Source: Chloroflexi bacterium bin125
GTDB taxonomy: Bacteria > Chloroflexota > Dehalococcoidia > Bin125
Direction of reading: 5' to 3'
Assembly (NCBI GenBank): GCA_002239025.1
Contig: MPNM01000013.1
Location: 2,575 to 66,574 of the forward strand
DNA: 64,000 nucleotides
A program made the position numbers and the translations under genes. Below, one piece after another: positions 10,759 to 20,617 of the stretch (position 1 is its first letter; every line of letters begins with the position of its first letter). The notes beneath the pieces are model-generated. The model worked only from the letters and a program-made list of their open reading frames with translations. It did no database searches and was not told the origin of the DNA.

Positions 10759-11093
10759 CTGCGGCGCATCCTTCCTCCGGGTTGATGGTAGCGGGATTGC
10801 TCACCTGGAGTTGACATCCACGCGGTGACCACGTGTGACTCTCGATATTGATCAGGAATGTCCAGAATGATGGTCAACAATCGACCGCCAGCATCGGGGC
10901 CAATCATGATAGTTCGCTCCGGCCGAACGATTCCCTGCCCAGACTCATCGACATCGCTCCGCGCTTCCTGCTCAAAGTATTATGCAGGGCCATGCCACAC
11001 CCAGACTGCGTCTCGGAACGTGAGACCGTGTTTCCACAAGTGCTCATCCGTGGCATCGTTGCCCTTTAGACCAGCGCGTGGAATCTCCGGCAC
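10755..11093 (-). pseudogene. BrnT-like (DUF497) toxin gene interrupted by an in-frame TAA at 10980-10982
   Basis: Manual translation from GTG 11093: VPEIPRAGLKGNDATDEHLWKHGLTFRDAVWVWHGPA*YFEQEARSDVDESGQGIVRPERTIMIGPDAGGRLLTIILDIPDQYRESHVVTAWMSTPGEQSRYHQ. This fits the BrnT pattern KHG..F.DA...., ER..xIG....GR.L....., ...ISA..A...E...Y. The frame is continuous apart from the single stop. Confidence 0.65.
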
Positions 11094-11105
11094 AAACTCT
11101 GTTCC

Positions 11106-11912
11106 TCACCCGTTTGGGTAGACATCGAGCAGATCGAACCGCGGACCATCCTTGCAGCAGAGCTTCACACCTTGCTTGGTGAAGACGGCGCAGCCGTAGC
11201 AGATGCCGGTTCCGCAGGCCATTTCGGTTTCCATCAGAATTTGGACCGGACGATTCATGCCGTCTCGCCGGACGATTGGCGACATTGCCCGGAACATCGG
11301 GACCGGACCGCAAGCGAACGACTGGTCGGCCCAGGTCAGGTACTCGGCAAACAAGTCTGTCACGAATCCCTGGCTGCCCATTGAGCCATCTTCGGTCGAG
11401 ACCTGGTACTCGACCTGCGGCGGCAACAGCTCAGCCGGATAGACACCATCGGCGCTGCGCGCTCCGAAGCAAAGGACGATTGATCGCGAACGCGACGAGC
11501 GTTCCGACTCCGCGTCCGCCAACGCGACCAACGGCGCGATCCCGACGCCGCCACCAACGAGCAGCAGGTTTGAAGCAGTGCGACGGACATCGAAGCCGCG
11601 CCCCAATGGTCCGGTCATCCAGACACGGTCACCTGCCTGCATCGTCGCCATCTGCTCAGTGACGCGTCCGATGACGGTGTACAGCAGCGCGAACTGGCGC
11701 TCGGAGTCCCTCGCCGAGGCGAAGCGGAATCGGTAGTAGGAAAACGCTCGGGGTAGTAGCGGATCGAAGGTCCCGTGCTCGCTGCCGGCGTCGACCATCA
11801 CAAACTGGCCTGGCTGCGCATGCTGTGAGAGCGACGGCGCGTCGTACCAGGTGACGAATGTGCCGGGATAGATTTCCTCGGTCTCGATCACCCGGGCGGC
11901 GGCGCGACGCAC
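11106..11912 (-). CDS. pyrK: Dihydroorotate dehydrogenase electron-transfer subunit (FAD/2Fe-2S)
   Basis: 268 aa with the C-terminal Cys cluster CGTGICYGCAV...LCCKDGP. It follows carB in the pyr operon. Confidence 0.88.
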   Translation of the reverse strand: MRRAAARVIETEEIYPGTFVTWYDAPSLSQHAQPGQFVMVDAGSEHGTFDPLLPRAFSYYRFRFASARDSERQFALLYTVIGRVTEQMATMQAGDRVWMTGPLGRGFDVRRTASNLLLVGGGVGIAPLVALADAESERSSRSRSIVLCFGARSADGVYPAELLPPQVEYQVSTEDGSMGSQGFVTDLFAEYLTWADQSFACGPVPMFRAMSPIVRRDGMNRPVQILMETEMACGTGICYGCAVFTKQGVKLCCKDGPRFDLLDVYPNG

Positions 11913-11932
11913 CTGATTGACTCCCCGGTTCC

Positions 11933-14900
11933 CTAGATCCGGCCGCCCGTGTAGTCGGGAAGCGGTGCGATGTTGTAGTCCGCGCCACCTTCAAGCATCG
12001 CGCCTACGGCATGATGCGCCGTATCGATGGATGTGAAGCAAGGGATCCGTTGCTCGGCGGCGGCGCGACGGATATGGAAACCATCGCGGATGTTGCTGCT
12101 GATCTGCTCGGGCGTGTTGATCACCATGTCGATTTGTCCTGAGCGAATCAGGTCAATCACGTCAGGATCGCCGCCGACTTCGCGCTTGGGAGCGTCATGG
12201 ACCTCATACCCGAGACCACGAATCAGGTTCGCCGTGCCGATCGTGGCATGGAATTCGTAGCCTGCTTCGCCCAACTCTCGAATCAACGAGAGGGCGGCTG
12301 GCTTGTCCTGGTCGGCGATGCTGAGCAACGCTTTGCCCTTCGCCGGGACAGCCATGCCGGCTGCGATGAGCGCCTTGCTCAGTGCCTTGTCATAGTCGAC
12401 ATCGACGCCCATCACTTCGCCGGTGGATTTCATCTCCGGACCCAGGTGCGTATCCACGCCGGACAACTTCGACATCGAGAAGACCGGCGCCTTGACCGCG
12501 ACTAGCGGTGTCGCAGGCCAGAGTCCGCCCGGATAGCCCTGTTCGGCCAACGTCTCACCCAACATGGCGCGCACGGCGACCTCGACCATCGGCACGCCGG
12601 TGATCTTGCTCAGGAAGGGTACGGTACGACTGGCGCGTGGATTGACCTCGAGGACAAACACGTCGCCGTCATGATCATCCGACTCGCGCATGATCACGTA
12701 CTGGATGTTCATCAGTCCGGTCACACCGAGTCCGATGCCGATCTCGCGGGTGTAATCGATGATCTTCGCGACTTCACTGGCACGGAGATTCGGCGCCGGA
12801 TAGACAGCCATCGAGTCGCCCGAATGCACGCCAGCGCGTTCGATGTGCTCCATGATTCCCGGAATCAACACAGCATCGTCACCAGGGCCACCACAGATCG
12901 CATCAACTTCGACCTCAATCCCGGCCAAGTACTTGTCAATCAAGATCGGCTTGCCGGGCGCGGCGGCCTGCGCCTGCACCACGTAGCGGGCCAAGTCACC
13001 GACGCCCTGCACAATCTCCATCGCGCGTCCGCCGAGGACGTATGACGGCCGCACCAGCACCGGATAGCCAATCGCATCCGCCGCCAGCACAGCCTCATCG
13101 ACATTGCTGACCGCCGTGCCTGGAGGTTGGGGAATGCCCAGGTCGGCGAGGAATCGTTCGAATCGCCGACGGTCTTCGGCCAGATCAATGACATCAGCAG
13201 AAGAGCCAAGAATCGGACGCGCAGCGCTGGTCAGCGGGCCGGCGAGATTGATCGCCGTCTGTCCACCGAACTGGAGAATCGATGAGACTCCGCCATTGCC
13301 GTTCTGCGACCCGTCCTCGTTCTCGAGGATGTCGCGAACGGCCTCTTCGTCGAGCGGTTCAAAATACAGGCGATCTGAAGTGTCAAAATCGGTCGAGACG
13401 GTTTCGGGATTGCTATTCGCCATGACCGCGCCCCATCCGGCAGCGCGCAGTGCTTGCGCGGCTTTGACAGACGCGTAGTCAAACTCGATGCCCTGTCCGA
13501 TCCGGATCGGGCCCGACCCAACCACGAGAGCGCGATTGCCTTGCTGCGGCTCGGCCTCGTTCTCATCTTCATAGGTCGAGTAGAAGTATGGCGTGACCGC
13601 GTCGAACTCGGCCGCGCACGTGTCGACCATCTTGTAGACCGGCTTGATGCCCCATCCAACACGTTGCTCTCGGATGCGTTCATCGACGCTGCCGGCCAGG
13701 TTGGCGATCTGCTCATCGGCAAAGCCCATCCGCTTGGCGCGACGCATCAACGTTGGCGTCAGGGGTTCCGCGAGCAATCGACGCTCCATTTGCACGATCG
13801 TCTCGAGCCGTTCCAGGAACCAGGGATCAACACCTGAGCGTTGGGCGATCTCGGCCAGAGGAACATCCGACCGCACCGCGGCGAGCAGGTGCCAGAGGCG
13901 AATGTCGGTCGGGGTCTCGGCGGCCTTGACCGGCTCCGCCTCGGCCTCTGAGTCCTCCCACAGGACAGACTTTCCGCCAACTTCCAGCGAGCGGATCGCT
14001 TTCTGCAGCGCGGCCTCGAAGGAACGGTCGATCGCCATCACCTCGCCAGTGGCTTTCATCTGCGTGCCGAGCACGCGGTCGCCGGCCTCGAACTTGTCAA
14101 ACGGCCAGCGCGGAATCTTGACGACGCAATAGTCGAGCGCGGGCTCAAATGCCGCCTGCGTCCGACCGGTGACCTGGTTGGCAATCTCGTCCAGGCGTTT
14201 GCCCGCGGCGATCTTCGCAGCCACGCGAGCAATCGGATACCCCGTCGCCTTCGACGCCAGGGCAGAAGATCGGCTGACGCGCGGGTTCACCTCGATCACG
14301 TAGTAGGGCAAGGGTTCGTCGTGCGGGACGCCAACGCCGCCGCCTTCGCGCATCGACTCCGGCGGCCAGGGAACCACATCCTGTCGCGGCGCCAGCGCGA
14401 GTTGGACGTTGCAGCCGCCCTCGATGCCCAGCGAACGAATGATGTTCAGCGAGGCAGAGCGCAACATCTGATAGTCCTTGTCAGACAGCGTCTGCGACGG
14501 AGCGACCACGATGGAATCGCCCGTGTGGACGCCCATCGGGTCGAGGTTCTCCATGTTGCAAATCGTGATGCACGTGTCGGCGCCGTCGCGCATCACCTCG
14601 TACTCGACCTCTTTCCAGCCGAGCAGTGAGCGTTCGATCAGAATCTGCGTAATCGGCGACGCGTCCAGTCCGGTCTGCACGACGCGCTCAAACTCATCCA
14701 TCGTCCGGACGAACCCGCCTCCGGTGCCGCCGAGCGTGTACGCGGGGCGAATCGCGACCGGCAGTCCGATTTCTTCCAATGCCTCGCGAGCTTCGTCGAC
14801 CGTAGTGACGACTGCCGACGGAGGCGTCGGTTCGCCGATATCGCGCATGGCCTGGCGAAACAGCTCGCGATCCTCGGCCCGGCGAATCGCGTCCAACGGC

Positions 14901-15250
14901 GTGCCGAGCAGTCGGACGTTGAATTCATCCAGCACGCCGGCTTCATGCAGATCGACGGCGAGATTCAGGCCGACCTGTCCGCCGAGCGTGGGCAGCAGAC
15001 CCTCGGGACGCTCTTTCTCGATGATTCGCCTGAGTACCGGAACGGTCAATGGTTCGATGTATACCTCGTCTGCGACGCCCTCGTCGGTCATGATCGTGGC
15101 CGGGTTGGAATTGACCAGGATCGAACGCACACCCTCCTCAGTCATGGCTTTGCATGCCTGCGTGCCGGCGTAGTCGAACTCGGCCGCCTGGCCGATCACG
15201 ATCGGGCCACTGCCAATGATCAGGACGGATTCAGGCTTCTTCACGTTCAC
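11933..15250 (-). CDS. carB: Carbamoyl-phosphate synthase large subunit
   Basis: 1105 aa with duplicated ATP-grasp halves. N-terminus: [27 protein letters not shown]. Confidence 0.97.
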   Translation of the reverse strand: MNVKKPESVLIIGSGPIVIGQAAEFDYAGTQACKAMTEEGVRSILVNSNPATIMTDEGVADEVYIEPLTVPVLRRIIEKERPEGLLPTLGGQVGLNLAVDLHEAGVLDEFNVRLLGTPLDAIRRAEDRELFRQAMRDIGEPTPPSAVVTTVDEAREALEEIGLPVAIRPAYTLGGTGGGFVRTMDEFERVVQTGLDASPITQILIERSLLGWKEVEYEVMRDGADTCITICNMENLDPMGVHTGDSIVVAPSQTLSDKDYQMLRSASLNIIRSLGIEGGCNVQLALAPRQDVVPWPPESMREGGGVGVPHDEPLPYYVIEVNPRVSRSSALASKATGYPIARVAAKIAAGKRLDEIANQVTGRTQAAFEPALDYCVVKIPRWPFDKFEAGDRVLGTQMKATGEVMAIDRSFEAALQKAIRSLEVGGKSVLWEDSEAEAEPVKAAETPTDIRLWHLLAAVRSDVPLAEIAQRSGVDPWFLERLETIVQMERRLLAEPLTPTLMRRAKRMGFADEQIANLAGSVDERIREQRVGWGIKPVYKMVDTCAAEFDAVTPYFYSTYEDENEAEPQQGNRALVVGSGPIRIGQGIEFDYASVKAAQALRAAGWGAVMANSNPETVSTDFDTSDRLYFEPLDEEAVRDILENEDGSQNGNGGVSSILQFGGQTAINLAGPLTSAARPILGSSADVIDLAEDRRRFERFLADLGIPQPPGTAVSNVDEAVLAADAIGYPVLVRPSYVLGGRAMEIVQGVGDLARYVVQAQAAAPGKPILIDKYLAGIEVEVDAICGGPGDDAVLIPGIMEHIERAGVHSGDSMAVYPAPNLRASEVAKIIDYTREIGIGLGVTGLMNIQYVIMRESDDHDGDVFVLEVNPRASRTVPFLSKITGVPMVEVAVRAMLGETLAEQGYPGGLWPATPLVAVKAPVFSMSKLSGVDTHLGPEMKSTGEVMGVDVDYDKALSKALIAAGMAVPAKGKALLSIADQDKPAALSLIRELGEAGYEFHATIGTANLIRGLGYEVHDAPKREVGGDPDVIDLIRSGQIDMVINTPEQISSNIRDGFHIRRAAAEQRIPCFTSIDTAHHAVGAMLEGGADYNIAPLPDYTGGRI

Positions 15251-15485
15251 CGCATCCCTGTGTTTCGGCCAACTCTGGAGATTCCGCTACGGCGGGCCGG
15301 CCTGCGGCGCGCCCAATGAGTCCGAGTCCAAGCCCGAACGGCAGAAGCACGAACGGTCCCAGCAGCCACAACTCGCATTGACCACCGATGATGTCGAAGA
15401 TGCAACACATCGCGAGCGTCAGGCTCGTTATGCCGGCAATCCCGCACAGAGCGGCGCCGACGAACATCCAGCCTCGAAGCGTCAA
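15231..15485 (-). CDS. Possible small two-TM membrane protein filling the GNAT-carB gap (start TTG 15485 or ATG 15467)
   Basis: Two hydrophobic segments ([23 protein letters not shown] and [19 protein letters not shown]). Third-position GC is high, it is on the same strand as the operon, and it overlaps the carB start by 20 nt. No recognisable family. Confidence 0.3.
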   Translation of the reverse strand: MTLRGWMFVGAALCGIAGITSLTLAMCCIFDIIGGQCELWLLGPFVLLPFGLGLGLIGRAAGRPAVAESPELAETQGCGEREEA

Positions 15486-15497
15486 GCGAAGTTCCCG

Positions 15498-15977
15498 TCA
15501 CAGTGGCAGCTCGAATCGTGAGTCTGGATTGATCAGCGGCGCGAGCGCACCGATGGCGCTGAGGAATGAGAGCGCGGCTTCATTGTTGTCCGGGACCGAT
15601 CCGACGACGCGCTCGAAGTTCTGCTCGCGCGCATGCGACAGCAGGTACTCCGCGAGCACCGTGCCGATTCCGCGGCGTCGCCACTCCGAGCGCAGCCAGA
15701 CGCCCAGCGTCGCGGTCTCGGGCTCGCGCGTGTTGTAGTCGAGTGAACCGAAGCCGATCAGCGTGTCGCCCTCCACGGCGACGTAGATTGCGCCGCTGTT
15801 GCCCAGACGACGCCGCCACATCGAGACTTCCTCGACGCTCCAGGGCCGATCGAAGACGACCGGATTCGGCCCTTCAACCACATCGCGGATCACGTCGGCA
15901 ATGGCTGTCGCGTCGTCGGCCGTGGCCAATCGGTACTGAGGTTCGGCGCCGTCGCCCGGGCCGGTTGAGTGCGTCAT
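15498..15977 (-). CDS. GNAT-family N-acetyltransferase
   Basis: 159 aa with the acetyl-CoA-binding motif RSEWRRRGIGTVLAE (R/Q-x-x-G-x-G/A). Its ATG lies 1 nt after the carA stop. Confidence 0.8.
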   Translation of the reverse strand: MTHSTGPGDGAEPQYRLATADDATAIADVIRDVVEGPNPVVFDRPWSVEEVSMWRRRLGNSGAIYVAVEGDTLIGFGSLDYNTREPETATLGVWLRSEWRRRGIGTVLAEYLLSHAREQNFERVVGSVPDNNEAALSFLSAIGALAPLINPDSRFELPL

Positions 15978-15978
15978 G

Positions 15979-17100
15979 TCAGTCTCCCTGGGCCTCGCCG
16001 ATCAGGTCGAGGAATCGGTCGAAGAGGTGTCCGTTGTCCAGTGGACCCGGTGACGCCTCTGCGTGGTATTGAATCGAGAACACTGGCTCGTTGCGGTGCG
16101 CTAATCCCTCGACGGTCTGGTCGTGCAGATTGATGTGCGTCACGTCGACATCGGCCGAGAGCCCGTCGGGATCGACGGCGTAGCCGTGATTCTGTGCGGT
16201 GATCGCGATCCGTCCGGTAGGAACCTCCAACACGGGATGATTACCGCCGCGATGACCGAACTTGAGCTTGAACGTGTCTGCGCCGAATGAGCGGCCCAAC
16301 ACCTGATGTCCCATGCAGATCCCCATGATCGGCAGCTTGCCGATCAACGATGTCGCGGTCTGCACCTGCAGTTCTCGCAACTGTGGATCGCCAGGGCCCG
16401 GCGAGAGCAGCACGCCATTTGGGTTGACCGAGAGGATGTCCTCGACGCCTGAGTTTGGAGGCATCGCGGTGACCTGGCAACCGCGTCGCCGCAGGTTGCG
16501 CAGGATGTTGAACTTCAGTCCTTCATCCAGGACCACGATGTGTGGCCCCGGTTCGCCGTGTCCATTGACCAACGCCTGCGGCCCGCCGTCATACCAGCTG
16601 TATGGTTCGTCGGTACCCACGCTGATGAAATCCTGCGTGTCGTAGTCGGGCAGTTCCGAGAGCTGACGCTGGGCAGCTTCGACCTCGTCTACAGGAACGA
16701 TCATGCCCATCATCACGCCTTCGTGACGGATCCGGCGCGTGATCGCGCGAGTGTCGATTCCCGCGATGCCTGGAATTCCGGCTGACGCCAGATAGTCATG
16801 CAGCCGCATCCCTCCGCGCGGGTGCGAGGGCGAATCGCACTCCGAGCGCACGACCAGTCCGCGTACCTGGATCTGGCGCGACTCATCAATCGGCGGGTCG
16901 ATGCCGTAGTTGCCGATCAGTGGATATGTGAGCACCAGGATCTGTCCCGCGTAGGACGGATCCGTAAGCATTTCCTGGTAGCCAGTCATCGAGGTGTTGA
17001 AGACGACCTCGCCCCACGTGTCGCTTGCGGCACCGAGCGCTATGCCGCGGAACACGGCTCCGTCGGCCAGTACCAGCGCCGCCTCAATATGTTCTGACAT
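15979..17100 (-). CDS. carA: Carbamoyl-phosphate synthase small (glutaminase) subunit
   Basis: Contains ...PIMGICMGHQVL... (catalytic Cys) and ...SIQYHAEASPGP. ATG at 17100 overlaps the pyrC TGA; the track ORF extends to 17208. Confidence 0.93.
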   Translation of the reverse strand: MSEHIEAALVLADGAVFRGIALGAASDTWGEVVFNTSMTGYQEMLTDPSYAGQILVLTYPLIGNYGIDPPIDESRQIQVRGLVVRSECDSPSHPRGGMRLHDYLASAGIPGIAGIDTRAITRRIRHEGVMMGMIVPVDEVEAAQRQLSELPDYDTQDFISVGTDEPYSWYDGGPQALVNGHGEPGPHIVVLDEGLKFNILRNLRRRGCQVTAMPPNSGVEDILSVNPNGVLLSPGPGDPQLRELQVQTATSLIGKLPIMGICMGHQVLGRSFGADTFKLKFGHRGGNHPVLEVPTGRIAITAQNHGYAVDPDGLSADVDVTHINLHDQTVEGLAHRNEPVFSIQYHAEASPGPLDNGHLFDRFLDLIGEAQGD

Positions 17101-18419
17101 CAGTGCTCCCGACCGTCCCATACGATGCGTCCCTGAGATATCGTCGCCGCGACCACGCCAACCAGCGTGTGACCCGCGAGCGGTGTGTTCTTGCCCATTG
17201 AGGCCCATGACGCAGGCTCGACTCGCGACACTGCGTCGGTCGACAACAACGTCAGGTCTGCCGGCGCGCCGACCTGCAACGTTCCCAGTCCCGTCAAATC
17301 GCCACGGTCAAGGTTCCAGGCGCGCACCGGACCAATCGTCAGTCGCTCAATCGCCTCAGACAGCGTCAAGCGTCCGGAGTCGACCAGCGAGTTCACAACT
17401 CCCCAGGCCGATTCAAGTGCCGAGATGCCGAACGAGGCGGCGTCGAACTCACATTGCTTATCAATCGCCGCGTGAGGCGCGTGATCGGTGGCGACAGCTT
17501 CGACAACACCAGCGGCCAACGCGTCGATGCAGGCCTGAACATCAGCTTCTGTACGAAGCGGTGGATTGACCTTGGCGTTCGTGTCGTAGAGCAGATCGTC
17601 GCCGCTACCGGCGACGGCTTCGTGAGTCAGACAGAGATGATGCGGCGTCACCTCGGCGGTCACATGGATGCCACGCGCCCTGGCGTCCGCGACCGCCAGC
17701 AGCGACGGCTCGGTCGAGAGATGGCAGCAATGCAGTTGAGCGCCCGCCGCTTCGGCCAGCGTGATGTCACGCTGAACGATCGACAGTTCCGCTGCCGCTG
17801 GTTGTCCGCGCAGCCCGAGCCGCGCCGAGACGGCGCCATCGTGCATCACGCCGCCCTGAGCAATCGCAGGATCCTCACAGTGTTCGGCCAGTGGAATGCC
17901 GATGTCGGACAGGTACTCAAATGCGCGGCGAGCCAGCGACGTGTCCGCCACCGCATCGCCGTCGTCCGAGACTGCGACGGCTCCGGCATCTCGCAAGGCC
18001 GCCAACTCGGTCAACTCGTGACCCTTGCGCCCCTTACTGACAGCCCCAATCGGCAGCACCCGACAGTCAACATCGCGGGCGCGTTGAAGGACTCCGTCGA
18101 TGATTGCCGCTGAATCCATCGCTGGTTCGGTGTTGGGCATCGCACAAATGGTGGTGAAGCCGCCACGTGCAGCAGCTCGAGCGCCAGAGGCGATCGTTTC
18201 CTTATGTTCCTGTCCCGGCTCACGCAGATGCGTGTGCAGGTCGACGAATCCCGGCGCGACCACGAGGCCGTTGGCTTCCACCACCTCCATGCCATCCGCA
18301 GGCAATAGTTGCGCACCGATTTGCGCGACTCGACCGTCGACGATCATCACGTCCAGGTGGGCATCAACGCTCGATGCCGGATCGACTAATCTGCCGCCTC
18401 GAATGAGCATCGTCGTCAT
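17100..18419 (-). CDS. pyrC: Dihydroorotase
   Basis: 439 aa with PGFVDLHTHLREPG (HxH metal site) and cyclic amidohydrolase architecture. It sits between pyrB and carA. Confidence 0.92.
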   Translation of the reverse strand: MTTMLIRGGRLVDPASSVDAHLDVMIVDGRVAQIGAQLLPADGMEVVEANGLVVAPGFVDLHTHLREPGQEHKETIASGARAAARGGFTTICAMPNTEPAMDSAAIIDGVLQRARDVDCRVLPIGAVSKGRKGHELTELAALRDAGAVAVSDDGDAVADTSLARRAFEYLSDIGIPLAEHCEDPAIAQGGVMHDGAVSARLGLRGQPAAAELSIVQRDITLAEAAGAQLHCCHLSTEPSLLAVADARARGIHVTAEVTPHHLCLTHEAVAGSGDDLLYDTNAKVNPPLRTEADVQACIDALAAGVVEAVATDHAPHAAIDKQCEFDAASFGISALESAWGVVNSLVDSGRLTLSEAIERLTIGPVRAWNLDRGDLTGLGTLQVGAPADLTLLSTDAVSRVEPASWASMGKNTPLAGHTLVGVVAATISQGRIVWDGREH

Positions 18420-19474
18420 GCACCGCCTCGAATCAACAGGAACAACACGGCCATCCGCACTGCCAGACCGGCCGAGACCTGTGCCTCAATCCGGCTCTGT
18501 GCTCCATGGGCCACGTCAACGGCGATTTCCACACCCTCGTTCATGGGGCCTGGGTGCATGACGATGGCATCGGGCGACGCTTTCGCGATCCGCTCTGCAG
18601 TCAGCTGATAGCGACGCGCAAACTCAGCCGATGACGGCAACAGCTTTCCCTTTAGGCGTTCATTCTGAATCCGCAACGCCATCACCGCGTCGGCGCCCAC
18701 GATGGCCCGGTCCAGGTCTGATTCAATCTGAACCGAGGGCAACGACAGCGGATGCTCGCGCTCAGTTGCGCCTGGCGCCAGCGCGGCAGGGAGCAGTGGA
18801 CGAGGGGCAACCAGGGTGACCTCGGCGCCCAACGTCGTCAGAGACCACAGATTCGATCGCGCCACGCGTGAGTGGAGAATGTCGCCGACAATCACGACCT
18901 TGCGTCCGGTAAGGTCGCCAAACTCCTGCAGCAGGATGTACGCGTCCAGCAGCGCCTGTGTCGGATGCGCATGTTGACCATCGCCGGCGTTGATTACGTG
19001 ACCGTCAATCGTGCGCGACGCCAACCAGGGCGCGCCCGAGGCGTGGTGCCGCATCACGACCGCGTCTGCGCCGACCGCCGAGAGCGTGTTCAGCGTCTCG
19101 ACCAGCGATTCGCCCTTCTCGACGGAGGATCCTGAACCAGAAACGTTGATCACGTCAGCGCCAAGAATCTTGCCCGCCAGCTCGAAGGAGGATCGTGTCC
19201 TCGTCGATGCTTCGTAGAACAGATTGAATATGGTCACACCGCGCAGCGCCGGTGTACGGGCGACCGACCGGTCCAGAACCTCAGCCATCGCGCTGGCCGT
19301 CGATAACACGCGCAGAATCTCATCCTTGGACAAGGTGTCGACGTCCAGCAGGTGTCGCTGCCGCCAGTCGGTGACAGGCTCGTCGAACGGCGCTCGCGAC
19401 GGCTGAGCGACACGCTCAGTGGCATCGGTTGCAGTAGGTGGCATCGCCGTTTCAGTGGCTTGTTCAGCGACCAC
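18416..19474 (-). CDS. pyrB: Aspartate carbamoyltransferase catalytic subunit
   Basis: Contains FYEASTRTRSSFE (STRTR), HPTQALLD and HPGPMNEGVEI. The start is uncertain (GTG 19474 or ATG 19444). Confidence 0.93.
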   Translation of the reverse strand: MVAEQATETAMPPTATDATERVAQPSRAPFDEPVTDWRQRHLLDVDTLSKDEILRVLSTASAMAEVLDRSVARTPALRGVTIFNLFYEASTRTRSSFELAGKILGADVINVSGSGSSVEKGESLVETLNTLSAVGADAVVMRHHASGAPWLASRTIDGHVINAGDGQHAHPTQALLDAYILLQEFGDLTGRKVVIVGDILHSRVARSNLWSLTTLGAEVTLVAPRPLLPAALAPGATEREHPLSLPSVQIESDLDRAIVGADAVMALRIQNERLKGKLLPSSAEFARRYQLTAERIAKASPDAIVMHPGPMNEGVEIAVDVAHGAQSRIEAQVSAGLAVRMAVLFLLIRGGA

Positions 19475-20006
19475 GCGACATCCTTTCTTCGTACACGCCG
19501 ACGCAATCCTGCCCGTCTGATTCCAGCAGCGACACGCGTACGTCGTCGCCGCGTTGCGTGGGAATGTTCTTGCCGACGTAGTCGGCTCGGATCGGCAGTT
19601 CGCGATGGCCGCGATCGATCAGGACCGCCAGTTCAATCGCAGCCGGGCGACCATAGTGAATCAGCGCGTCCAGCGCCGCCCGAATCGAGCGTCCGGTGAA
19701 CAGCACATCGTCGACCAGCACGATCACCGCGCCGTCGATGTCTTCCGGGATTCTGGACGGCTGCATCCGAGCATGCGGTCGTTGTGCCAGGTCGTCCCGA
19801 TACAGAGAGATATCAATCGCGCCGACCGGAACGCGTCGCTTGTCGATTCCTTCGATCCGCATGGCCAACCGTTCGGCCAGTGGGACACCGCGCGTTCTCA
19901 TCCCGACCAACATGAGCGGTTCGGGGTCGGGGTGTCGCTCCACAATCTCGTGCGCGATTCGTGTGATGGCGCGGTCCATTGCCGCAGCCTCCATGGAGGT
20001 CATCAT
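19464..20006 (-). CDS. pyrR: Bifunctional pyr operon regulator / uracil phosphoribosyltransferase PyrR
   Basis: 180 aa with the PRPP-binding motif VIVLVDDVLFTGRSIRAAL. It is the first gene of the pyr operon and follows a PyrR-type leader. Confidence 0.92.
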   Translation of the reverse strand: MMTSMEAAAMDRAITRIAHEIVERHPDPEPLMLVGMRTRGVPLAERLAMRIEGIDKRRVPVGAIDISLYRDDLAQRPHARMQPSRIPEDIDGAVIVLVDDVLFTGRSIRAALDALIHYGRPAAIELAVLIDRGHRELPIRADYVGKNIPTQRGDDVRVSLLESDGQDCVGVYEERMSRGR

Positions 20007-20043
20007 GATTTGACCTCGACAGGAAACACTGCACGGGTAGACG

Positions 20044-20068
20044 AAAAAACCAGCGACAAGCGCTGGTT
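20044..20068 (-). terminator. Intrinsic terminator (attenuator) in the pyrR leader
   Basis: On the minus strand: aaccagcg-cuugu-cgcugguu followed by UUUUUU. It lies 38 nt upstream of the pyrR ATG. Confidence 0.8.
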
Positions 20069-20128
20069 GTGCGGCTGATACGCGTGTACGTCAGGGGTAG
20101 GAAGCAGATACTTCAGATACATCTCGTT

Positions 20129-20163
20129 GACCTTCCCGGCCTCACGGGACCGGATTAAAGTCC
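20129..20163 (-). promoter_or_regulatory. PyrR-binding RNA element (anti-antiterminator loop)
   Basis: Minus-strand RNA ggacuuuaauccggucccgugaggccgggaagguc matches the conserved PyrR-binding pattern UUUAA..CC....GAGGC....AAGG. It lies upstream of the attenuator hairpin. Confidence 0.75.
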
Positions 20164-20259
20164 AACTGCTGTTCCGGAAAGCTTACATCGCACGACCGGA
20201 GATCGCTGTCTATCGCGACACCGTGTGCAACGTGTGGATGCCGCCTTTCCCTTTCCCTT

Positions 20260-20302
20260 CTCCCCCCTTGCGGGGGAGATGCCGCAGGCAGAGGGGGGTC
20301 CC
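20260..20302. repeat. CTCCCCC..GGGGGAG hairpin plus (A/C)TGCCG(C/A)AGGC(A/T)GAGGGGGTCCC tail, copy 1
   Basis: ctcccccc-ttgc-gggggag-atgccgcaggcagaggggggtccc. A near-identical unit is at 26052-26093. Hairpin-only copies are at 953-972 and 24992-25010. It is followed (about 20317-20400) by an outer CGTCATTCC...GGAATGACG inverted repeat. Confidence 0.75.
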
Positions 20303-20413
20303 GCGTGCACACTCCCGTCATTCCAGCGCAAGCAGAAGACTCGTCGCGAAGATTCCGATGTGCGGCATCTGCGAGAGTGCGGCCTACGTCGGAATGACGA
20401 GGGCGCTGAAGGC

Positions 20414-20617
20414 CTACACCGACTCACCGGCCCGGCGCTGCATGTCCGGGGGCAGGAGGTTTGGGATTCCGTCCTCGATCGGATAGCGGAAGTTGATCCG
20501 CTCCGAGACCAGCGCCCCCTCCAGCACGTCGCCGTTCTCGTCCTCCCTCGCGATCTCCAGCTTCAGCGGATCGCGCGTCACCGGACAGACCAGTTGCTCG
20601 ACTAGTTCCCGTCTCAT
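20414..20617 (-). CDS. Trm112-family (UPF0434) small protein
   Basis: 67 aa: MRRELVEQLVCPVTRDPLKLE...ERINFRYPIEDGIPNLLP. The track ORF (to 21001) is an over-extension. Confidence 0.75.
   Translation of the reverse strand: MRRELVEQLVCPVTRDPLKLEIAREDENGDVLEGALVSERINFRYPIEDGIPNLLPPDMQRRAGESV

Noticed and set aside
10848-11121. Plus-strand ORFs of 73 and 87 aa in the pyrK-BrnA gap.
   Set aside because: The minus strand here encodes a recognisable BrnT-like sequence in a single frame apart from one stop. The plus-strand products have no features.
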